DNA of 64,000 bases from an uncultured Elusimicrobia bacterium (GTDB lineage Bacteria > Elusimicrobiota > Elusimicrobia > Elusimicrobiales > UBA9959). Position 1 is the first letter of the stretch. Each line of letters starts with the position of its first letter. This document shows, one piece after another, positions 57,084 to 64,000 of this stretch. The notes beneath the pieces were generated by a model, which did no database searches, was not told the DNA's origin, and worked only from the letters and a program-made list of their open reading frames with translations. The stretch spans positions 38,439 to 102,438 of the forward strand of contig CAISZM010000040.1 in the NCBI GenBank assembly GCA_903889965.1, given 5' to 3'. Made by a program: the position numbers and the translations under genes.

Positions 57084-59723
57084 TCAGTTAGGGTATCGGA
57101 TAATTACGATACCGGAGCCGCCGGAGCTGCCGGCAGGAACCCCTGTGTTATTCGCGCCGCCGCCGCCGCCGCCGGTATTCGCGGTCCCGGCCCCGGAGCC
57201 GGCGCTGGGGTTTGCGCCATAGCCGCCGCCGCCAGTTCCGCCCGCGCCGCCGGTCCCGCTGTAAGCAGCCCCGCCGCCGCCGCCCGCGTAATACACAACT
57301 GAACCGGAAAAAGAGTTGGCCACGCCGGCGCCGCCCGCGCCGCCGCTTGGCCCCGTTCCATTACCGCCAACGGCGCTTGCGCCGCCGCCGCCGGCGCCGC
57401 CGTACCCGCCGCCCGAGCCGCCGGCATGGCCTGTGCCGTCCCCGGCCGCCCCGGCCGTGGAAAAGTAACCCGAATTTCCGCCGCCGCTGCCGTTACTGGC
57501 GCGCCCGGTGGTTGGTTGCTGAGCGGTGACGTTGGAAGCGCCGCCGCCGCCGCCGCCGCCTGCGATCAGCCCGTCAAAGGAAGAGTCAGTCCCCCGGGAA
57601 CCGGCGATAGAATTAGCGCCGCCAGCGCCGCCAGCGCCGACGATCACGTTATACGTGCCCGCGGTTATGGGCATGGCATTACTGACCACGACTCCGCCCG
57701 CACCGCCGCCGCCGGCATAATAAATACCGCCGCCTCCTCCGCCGCCGCCTACGACAAGAACGTCAACCGCTCCCGAACCTGTTACGGTAAACACCCCGGA
57801 GGTCGTGAATTTATGGATACGGTAGCCGCCGGCGTCCAGCACGCTATTTCCGCCGCCGCCGCTGAAATCGCTGTCAGTAATATTGTACGCGGTCCTCCAT
57901 GCCGTACCGTTATAGAACTCTATTTTAGAAAGCGTGCTGTTGTATCGCAAACTGCCTGTCGGCGGGCTCACGGGGCGCTCCGCGCTGGTGCCGACCGGGA
58001 GCTTAATTGCGCCCGTACCGCCCACATCCAATGTGGCGGTCGGAGTTGTAGTTCCTATACCGACATTGCCGCCGCCCTCAGCCAGCGTGATATTTTTGTA
58101 GCCGGTTCCCTGCTCGATAACGCTGATAGCAAGCCGTCTGTTCGCCGCCGCCGGGTCTGTTACCAGGCCCACAGTTCCCTGCAGCTGTGAAGCCGCTGCG
58201 TCGTTGGAAAATATACCTATTACTCCCTGCTGGCCGCCGCCGCTAGCCGTTGCTTTGGGGCCAGCGCCGACCAACACTCCGTTATCGTTGGGGAGATTCG
58301 CATGAGATCTGAAATGTGCGGCACCGACCACATCCAGCGCGACCGCCGGATTGCCTGTCCCTATGCCGACGCCGCCGTTCGAGACGATCAGCCCCGACGA
58401 TATGGTAACCCCCGCGGCGGAAGCATTATGCGCCGTGAACGCCGCCGTCGAAGTGAAGGTATTCGCGCCCGTGAAAGTCTGTGTGGAGGACAGGCTGAGT
58501 ATCCCCGCGAGGGCCGAACCGTCCCCGTAGTATTTGCCCGCGTAGATCCCGCCGCCGCCCGTCATGCGGATCACTTCGGACGCGCCGGTGGATATAGCCA
58601 GTATAGTTCCGGCCTCGCCCGCCCCGGAAGAAACCGTCAGCCTGTAATTCGGGTTCGTGGTCCCGATACCGACATTGCCTCCGGAGCGGTACAGATCCGC
58701 GCCGGAAACGGTCCAGTTGGAACCCGTGCCCGGGCTAAGAACGGCCCCGTTGACGCGTATTTCCCCGGCATTGATAGACCCCGCTACCTCGAACTTGTAA
58801 TTCGGGCTCGCGGTCCCGACGCCGACGCTGCCGTTGTTCAATACCACGAACGTCGAACCGCCGACACCGAACAGGAGGTTCGCGCCGCTTACTCCCGCGC
58901 CGTTTATCTGGGCGCTTGAGATATTTACTATCGGCTTATTCGCCATGTTCAGGGTAGTAGTGGCTATATGGGTACCCAGGCCGTCGCCGACCGAAGTTAT
59001 CCCGGTTACCTTCGAAGCGGAAAGGCTTGTGATCCATGCCGGATCGGAGTAGGAGCCGGAAGTATACACGCCGTTAGTGACGGTGGCCGCGTTGCCGAGT
59101 ATATCTACACCGTAAGATCCGGCCCTGAGATTCGCGGGATAGACGGAAGCGACGGCTACGGATGAAGCGATGACAGCCGGCCCCAGCGTGCCGGCCTGAA
59201 TATCGGCGGCCGCTATCACGCCCACCCCTATATCGGCGGCGCATGCCCAGAGCCTCGAAGTGCCGTTCCATTTCAGGACCTGGCCGTCCGCGCAGCCGTT
59301 ATTCTCAAGCTGGGCCGGGGACAGCCTGGCGTCGGGGGAAAGGCCGCCGGCCACAAGGGCGTAGGGCGAAGAGACGATCTCCTCGCGCGGGCTCATCACG
59401 TCGGAATTGACTATGGTCTCAAGATAGCGGGCCCCCGAAAAAGTGGCGGTGGAAATATCATACGGCGAGCCGACGTCCAGGATAACGCTGAAAATGCCGT
59501 TGCTGATATACAAAGTCTGCTCCGCGCTGGTCCACACCAGATTGCCGCCGTTAACGGCGTCGTAGATCTTGAAGACAAGGGTCTTGCTGCCTGTGTACGG
59601 CTTATCGTCCTCGTCGATCCTGCCCTGGTAGTTAAGTTTTAACGGTACGGCGGCGCGGGCCGGTGATACCGCGGACAGGACGCCGAACAAAGCCAACAGG
59701 ACGCCGAAAGTTAATTTAGTCAT
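57084..59723 (-). CDS. secreted fibre-like protein with tail-fibre-type repeats and a C-terminal glycine-rich domain
   Basis: 879 aa with signal peptide 'MTKLTFGVLLALFGVLSAVSPARA'. The N-terminal module is 'LNYQGRIDEDDKPYTGSKTLVFKIYD...LVWTSEQ'. There are four 'G[NSG]VG[IV]GT..P...L.V' motifs (residues ~298, 349, 450, 552) and 'GSLRYNSTLSKIEFYNGTAWRT'. From about residue 631 a Gly-rich domain runs 'GGYRIHKFTTSGVFTVTGSGAVDVLVVGGGGGGGG...GGSGIVIIRY'. Confidence 0.8.
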   Translation of the reverse strand: MTKLTFGVLLALFGVLSAVSPARAAVPLKLNYQGRIDEDDKPYTGSKTLVFKIYDAVNGGNLVWTSAEQTLYISNGIFSVILDVGSPYDISTATFSGARYLETIVNSDVMSPREEIVSSPYALVAGGLSPDARLSPAQLENNGCADGQVLKWNGTSRLWACAADIGVGVIAAADIQAGTLGPAVIASSVAVASVYPANLRAGSYGVDILGNAATVTNGVYTSGSYSDPAWITSLSASKVTGITSVGDGLGTHIATTTLNMANKPIVNISSAQINGAGVSGANLLFGVGGSTFVVLNNGSVGVGTASPNYKFEVAGSINAGEIRVNGAVLSPGTGSNWTVSGADLYRSGGNVGIGTTNPNYRLTVSSGAGEAGTILAISTGASEVIRMTGGGGIYAGKYYGDGSALAGILSLSSTQTFTGANTFTSTAAFTAHNASAAGVTISSGLIVSNGGVGIGTGNPAVALDVVGAAHFRSHANLPNDNGVLVGAGPKATASGGGQQGVIGIFSNDAAASQLQGTVGLVTDPAAANRRLAISVIEQGTGYKNITLAEGGGNVGIGTTTPTATLDVGGTGAIKLPVGTSAERPVSPPTGSLRYNSTLSKIEFYNGTAWRTAYNITDSDFSGGGGNSVLDAGGYRIHKFTTSGVFTVTGSGAVDVLVVGGGGGGGGIYYAGGGGAGGVVVSNAMPITAGTYNVIVGAGGAGGANSIAGSRGTDSSFDGLIAGGGGGGGASNVTAQQPTTGRASNGSGGGNSGYFSTAGAAGDGTGHAGGSGGGYGGAGGGGASAVGGNGTGPSGGAGGAGVANSFSGSVVYYAGGGGGAAYSGTGGAGGTGGGGYGANPSAGSGAGTANTGGGGGGANNTGVPAGSSGGSGIVIIRYPN

Positions 59724-59741
59724 ATCGCCTCTTTTAATGCT

Positions 59742-60311
59742 CTACCGTATGATCATCAGTTTGCCGGTCTGGGTTCTGCCGTCGGTTTTGACGACATAAA
59801 AATAGACGCCGCTCGCCACGCTTTGCCTTGCGTCGTTCGTGACATCCCAGTCGAGATAGTCATTTTCGTCCGCTTTCGTCAGGCTCCGTACGGATTCGCC
59901 CGCGAGATCGTATATTTTCACGGCCGCCGTGTGCGCGAGCCCTTTGAACGTTATTTTCGTGTGCCCCGCCGAGGGCTTAAAGGGCACGGGGTAGGCGTGG
60001 ACCGGCGCCAGGGGGGTGGCCGTGTCGTAAGGTATCGCCGAGGCGTTAACGAAGCCGCCTCCGACGTCCATGCCGTCCGCGGAACTGCGGGCCCAGCCCA
60101 GCCCCCCGCTTATCATGGAGGGGGCTATGTGCAAATTGCTTCCGTAAATATTCTGGCCGCCAGCGGCCCAGCCGCCCGTTTTCACCTTGACGGCGCAAAA
60201 AGCTGTGCCGGCCGCGCAGAAAAGCAGGAGGCCAAATCCGGCGCGTGCGCAGCATACGGGCCCCCGGGCCCGGAGAAGGCCGCGGATACCGCCGGTCAGA
60301 TGTTTTATCAT
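59742..60311 (-). CDS. small secreted protein ending in a T9SS-type-A / FlgD-Ig-like C-terminal sorting domain
   Basis: 189 aa with an N-terminal hydrophobic signal-like segment. The C-terminal ~80 aa, 'AYPVPFKPSAGHTKITFKGL...VKIYDLAGESVRSL...WDVTNDARQSVASGVYFYVVKTDGRTQTGKLMIIR', matches the Por-secretion-tail pattern. Confidence 0.7.
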   Translation of the reverse strand: MIKHLTGGIRGLLRARGPVCCARAGFGLLLFCAAGTAFCAVKVKTGGWAAGGQNIYGSNLHIAPSMISGGLGWARSSADGMDVGGGFVNASAIPYDTATPLAPVHAYPVPFKPSAGHTKITFKGLAHTAAVKIYDLAGESVRSLTKADENDYLDWDVTNDARQSVASGVYFYVVKTDGRTQTGKLMIIR

Positions 60312-60322
60312 AGCCGCAAACC

Positions 60323-61327
60323 TTACTGTATGTATATCGTTCCGAAACTGCCGCTGTTTATGCTGTCACTGCCGAACCTGGCGGTGAGGCCGAATTTGTG
60401 GACATTGCCCAGGTCGCCGTAATTCGAATACGAATAATCTATGTCCAGGTCGATATCCTTCCACCTACGGGTAAGACTCCCGAGCATCAGCCCCAGGCCG
60501 AACGAAAAAGGCGAGCCGATATCGCGCCTGTTATCCCAACCCAGCCGAAGCACTACCCTTTTATCCACCGGCTGCTCGAGGCCGGCGCATAAATAAGCGT
60601 CCTCCCCGTGCGGGAAAACCGCCTCGCCGCTCAGGGTGGAGGGGAAACCCTGGATGCCCACAAGCCTGCGCTTTAAAGCGAAACCGATCTTGGCCCGCCG
60701 CGGCAGAGAGTACCCCTCGTCGATAAATTTTACCCGCGAGCCCAGGTTCTGGACGGCCAGGCCGATATTCAGGCCGCTGACCCGCGGCTTGACCAGAACC
60801 CCGAGATCCGCGGCGAAGGCGGCGGCGGTATCCCCGTCGAGCCGTTCCCTGATATACTTCAAATTCAGACCAGCCCCTATCTCCTTGAAAACAGGATTAC
60901 TATCGAAGCCCATATAAGCTGCATGGGCGATGTTCAGCGCCATATCGGAGGAGGTCACGGGATCCGTGGGGGTGTCGGCGGCGTCATAACCGTCCATCGG
61001 GCCCACCGTAAGGAAGTTCACCGCGATGGCGCTGACCCCTATCTTCTTGTAGGGTTGGGCGTATACGAGCCACTCGTGGTTAATATCCTCCAGATAACGG
61101 CTGTGGGCAAGAGAGGCGGAAGGTTCCTCGACCCAGGCGATACCGGCGGGATTGTAAGAGATAAGGTTCGGATCCCCGCTGTAAGAGGAAAAGGCGCCGC
61201 CCAAAGCCGCGGGCCTGGCGGCCGGGTCTATTTTAAGGAACGCAGCGGCCGAAGCGCCCGCGCCTGAAGCGAAAAGGGAAGTCGACCGTACCAGAATAAG
61301 TGTTAAAAGAAGCGCACCTTTTCCCAT
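60323..61327 (-). CDS. PorV/PorQ-like outer-membrane beta-barrel protein
   Basis: 334 aa from the Met at 61327; the track start at 61513 is an extension. After the signal peptide, 'AAAFLKIDPAARPAALGGAFSSYSGDPNLISYNPAGIAW' matches the PorV-family N-terminal signature. The rest has an alternating beta-strand pattern ending in an aromatic residue. Confidence 0.7.
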   Translation of the reverse strand: MGKGALLLTLILVRSTSLFASGAGASAAAFLKIDPAARPAALGGAFSSYSGDPNLISYNPAGIAWVEEPSASLAHSRYLEDINHEWLVYAQPYKKIGVSAIAVNFLTVGPMDGYDAADTPTDPVTSSDMALNIAHAAYMGFDSNPVFKEIGAGLNLKYIRERLDGDTAAAFAADLGVLVKPRVSGLNIGLAVQNLGSRVKFIDEGYSLPRRAKIGFALKRRLVGIQGFPSTLSGEAVFPHGEDAYLCAGLEQPVDKRVVLRLGWDNRRDIGSPFSFGLGLMLGSLTRRWKDIDLDIDYSYSNYGDLGNVHKFGLTARFGSDSINSGSFGTIYIQ

Positions 61328-61516
61328 ATGTGGCAGGAACCGCCTCGCTGTAGCTGGCTGCTGGATACCGTACAGAAAAGATATTACGGAAAGATGACGG
61401 TTTTCAAGCCGCGTTTTCCCGCCTTGCCCATCCGCACAGGCAAACAATTTTACTATATAAATGCGCTTATTTTTACACGCGGGCGTGTAATGTTCTATAC
61501 TTACCTTTAGCAAGTC

Positions 61517-63184
61517 ATGAAAATCGCCATCGCGCAGATAAACCCGAAAGTGGGCGACATAGCCGGCAATGCCGCGCTGGTCGAAGCTTTTGCCCGGCGG
61601 GCCGAAGCGTTGGGCGCCGACCTTGCCGTTTTCCCAGAGCTGGCCCTCACGGGATATCCTCCGCTGGACCTGCTTGAAAAGGAAGATTTCATACGGGACA
61701 ACCTGCGCGCCCTGAAGCGCCTGGCTGACCTCGGACTAAAAACCGCCCTCGCCGTAGGCTACGTGGACAGGAACCCTGCTAAAAAAGGAAAGGCCCTGCT
61801 TAACTCTATAGCCCTTATAAGCGGCGGGCGGATAGCCGCCAGGCGGCACAAGTCGCTGCTTCCGACCTACGATATTTTCGACGAAGCCCGCTATTTCGAG
61901 CCGGCGCGGGAGAACCGGCCTCTCAGGTTCAAGGGAGAGGTTATCGGCCTGACCATCTGCGAGGACATCTGGGCCGGCACGGCGCTCCTTCCCCGCCGCC
62001 TGCTGTACCGCAACGACCCGGTTAAGGTCCTTGCCGGCGGGAAAGCGTCCATCGTAATAAATATCTCGGCTTCGCCTTTTTACCGCGGTAAAAGTTCCCT
62101 CCGCCTCAGGATACTCTCGCGCCTGGCCAGGAAAATGCGCGCCCACATAGTTTACGCCAACCAGGCAGGCGCCAACGACGAACTTATTTTCGACGGGAAC
62201 AGTTTCGCGCTCTCTCCCTCCGGGAAGGTGTCGGCCCGTGCCGCGGCCTTCGCCGAAGACCTGGTTCTCGTGGATACGAACCTCCCGGCGGCCGCCCCGG
62301 CCAAAGCCGGGAAGGTGGGTGCCGCAGAGCGCCACGAAGGCGCCGCGGAGATCTGCGCCGCACTGACCCTGGGCATACGGGATTATTTCGGCAAGATGGG
62401 CTTCCGGCGGGCGGTGCTGGGGCTCAGCGGCGGCATAGATTCGGCCGTTGTGGCCGCCCTCGCCGCCAGGGCGCTCGGCCCCGGTAACGTGACAGGCGTG
62501 CTTATGCCTTCACAGTACACCTCACCCCGAAGCTCCCGGGACGCGCTCGCGCTGGCGCGGAACCTCGGCATACGTACGATGAACATCCCGATAAAAAATA
62601 TCTACGGCGCCTTCCTCCGGGAACTTAAAACCGGCGGCTCCCGCGGCGAAGTGAGCCTCACCATGCAGAACCTGCAGTCCAGGGCCCGCGGAAGCGTTTT
62701 AATGGCCCTCGCCAACGCCAATAACTGGCTGACCCTCGCCACGGGGAACAAGTCGGAGCTCGCCGTGGGTTACTGCACGCTTTACGGCGACACGGCCGGC
62801 GCGATAGCCCCCATAGCGGACCTTTTTAAAACCGAAGTTTACCGCCTTGCGGCTTTTCTCAACAGCGGGGGGGAAATAATACCCGCGGCCGTCATAAAAA
62901 GGCCGCCGACAGCGGAACTTAAGCCCGGCCAGAAAGACCAGGACGACCTGCCGCCGTATAAGACGCTGGACGAGATAGTGCGCCTCTATATGGAGGAGAA
63001 CCGCACCCCGGCGGAAATAGTCGGCAAAGGCTTCAAAAAGGCTCTGGTGCTTTCCACCCTCCGGCGCCTCGAGGCCAACGAGTACAAGCGCAAACAGCTC
63101 CCGATAGCCCTTAAAGTGACCGAGAAGTCGTTCGGCTACGGCAGGAAAATGCCGATAGTCAAATCCCTGGATTTCATAAGATAA
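61517..63184 (+). CDS. nadE: glutamine-dependent NAD+ synthetase
   Basis: 555 aa. An N-terminal C-N hydrolase domain ('MKIAIAQINPKVGD', 'TICEDIW') is joined to a C-terminal synthetase domain ('LGLSGGIDSAV'). Confidence 0.94.
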   Translation: MKIAIAQINPKVGDIAGNAALVEAFARRAEALGADLAVFPELALTGYPPLDLLEKEDFIRDNLRALKRLADLGLKTALAVGYVDRNPAKKGKALLNSIALISGGRIAARRHKSLLPTYDIFDEARYFEPARENRPLRFKGEVIGLTICEDIWAGTALLPRRLLYRNDPVKVLAGGKASIVINISASPFYRGKSSLRLRILSRLARKMRAHIVYANQAGANDELIFDGNSFALSPSGKVSARAAAFAEDLVLVDTNLPAAAPAKAGKVGAAERHEGAAEICAALTLGIRDYFGKMGFRRAVLGLSGGIDSAVVAALAARALGPGNVTGVLMPSQYTSPRSSRDALALARNLGIRTMNIPIKNIYGAFLRELKTGGSRGEVSLTMQNLQSRARGSVLMALANANNWLTLATGNKSELAVGYCTLYGDTAGAIAPIADLFKTEVYRLAAFLNSGGEIIPAAVIKRPPTAELKPGQKDQDDLPPYKTLDEIVRLYMEENRTPAEIVGKGFKKALVLSTLRRLEANEYKRKQLPIALKVTEKSFGYGRKMPIVKSLDFIR

Positions 63185-64000
63185 TGAGCAAGAAGCTCCC
63201 TTTAATATTCCTGGCCCTGATCTTTTCAATAGCGGCTTCCGCCGGCGCCCAGCCGCTGAAAAAGAAACGCCTGGTGAAGCCAGGCCCAAAAGCGAATGAA
63301 GAGATCTCCAGGCCGGAAGCGAAGACCAAGGAAGATATCCTTAAAACCGTGGAACAATCCACCGCGCCTTTGAAAGAGGGCCTGCTTTCCAAAACCCTCT
63401 ACGCCATCACCATAAACACCAAGTACGGCCCCATAATCCCCTTCCCGGTGGTGGACTCCAGCAAAGACCTGGGCCCGAGTTTCGGCATAATGCCGGTCAT
63501 AGCCATAAAGGACCGGAAAACGCAGGACATAAAGTCGGTGGTGGTCCCGTCCGTCACCTATAATGAGCACCTCCGCACCACGCTCACCTACCGCCACTAT
63601 ATTTTCATCGACGACAAGCGGTATTTCATACTGCGCGCCTCCCATTCCGAACGCGTAGAAAGGGAACTGATGGCGTATTATTATACCCCGCAGTTCCTGT
63701 CGTCCAACTTCAGGCTGAGCATGGAGGCAAAGCACTGGGTCACCGGCAAGCCCTCCTTCTACGGCCTCGGCATAGACTCAAAGCTGGCGGATAAGGCTAA
63801 CTATTCGCTGCAGACGACCGGTGAAGAGATCATACTGGACATACCGGTGATAAACCATTTTTTCCTCAACCTCGACCACTCCTATTTCGAAAAGAAAATA
63901 GGGGAAGGCCCCGTTACCGACGGGCAGCTTAAGGATATTTTTCCCGGCTTTTACCCGGAAGCATCAGACATGCACACCTTCCACACCAACCGCGTCTCGT
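63184..64000 (+). CDS. hypothetical secreted protein (possible outer-membrane protein), 3' end outside window
   Basis: This ORF is not in the track because no stop is reached. The ATG overlaps the nadE stop (TAATG at 63182-63186). It has signal peptide 'MSKKLPLIFLALIFSIAASAGA' and the frame stays open for 272 codons to the window edge. I am not confident of any family. Confidence 0.6.
   Translation, partial: MSKKLPLIFLALIFSIAASAGAQPLKKKRLVKPGPKANEEISRPEAKTKEDILKTVEQSTAPLKEGLLSKTLYAITINTKYGPIIPFPVVDSSKDLGPSFGIMPVIAIKDRKTQDIKSVVVPSVTYNEHLRTTLTYRHYIFIDDKRYFILRASHSERVERELMAYYYTPQFLSSNFRLSMEAKHWVTGKPSFYGLGIDSKLADKANYSLQTTGEEIILDIPVINHFFLNLDHSYFEKKIGEGPVTDGQLKDIFPGFYPEASDMHTFHTNRVS

Noticed and set aside
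57084-57833. GCC/GGC triplet repetition considered as a tandem-repeat locus or CRISPR-like array.
   Set aside because: There is no repeat-spacer periodicity. The repetition is codon-level low complexity inside a continuous ORF encoding poly-Gly.

Overview
High-GC bacterial chromosomal segment. Hand-sampled 60-nt windows give about 60-70% GC in core genes. Coding is very dense on both strands. I saw no rRNA, CRISPR array, transposase, integrase or prophage. The PorV-like barrel, O-antigen-ligase-like protein and gmhA suggest a diderm. I cannot name the lineage from sequence alone.

Layout:
(i) 1-7.4 kb: the end of a complex-I operon (nuoL partial, nuoM, nuoN) runs straight into an acyl-CoA dehydrogenase, EtfB and a ferredoxin-fused EtfA.
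(ii) 7.4-17.8 kb: a lower-GC, translationally coupled surface-polysaccharide island. It holds an FrhB-like Fe-S flavoprotein, a frameshifted WecG/TagA-STAS fusion, one GT2, three GT4, a nucleotidyltransferase-like protein, an alkaline-phosphatase-family protein and a Wzy/O-antigen-ligase-like protein.
(iii) 17.9-27.9 kb: pgi, a PAP2 phosphatase, malic enzyme, one tRNA(CAT), greA, an orphan GspE/PilB-type ATPase, a short aspartate kinase, membrane proteins and a hydantoinase/dihydropyrimidinase.
(iv) 27.9-35.1 kb, minus strand: rimP-nusA-infB-rbfA-nrnA-truB-ribF.
(v) 35.5-46.0 kb, minus strand: a nine-gene cluster of cyclase-family hydrolase, three-subunit Mo-hydroxylase (interrupted by a low-GC FkbM methyltransferase), YafV-like C-N hydrolase, and DUF2877/FdrA/DUF1116 (the E. 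coli ylbF/fdrA/ylbE type). This is my top candidate for an undescribed catabolic system.
(vi) 46.2-56.9 kb, minus strand: rpsB-tsf-pyrH-gmhA-frr-uppS-cdsA-dxr-rseP-ispG-proS, with two odd heptad-repeat spacers.
(vii) 57.1-61.3 kb: an 879-aa secreted fibre-like protein with a glycine-rich C-terminus, a small T9SS-CTD-type protein and a PorV-like barrel.
(viii) nadE and a partial signal-peptide ORF at the window end.

Two genes (WecG-STAS and DUF2877) are broken by single-nucleotide homopolymer frameshifts. This may be assembly error or real decay. All functional calls rest on motifs I recognise by eye. No database search was run.
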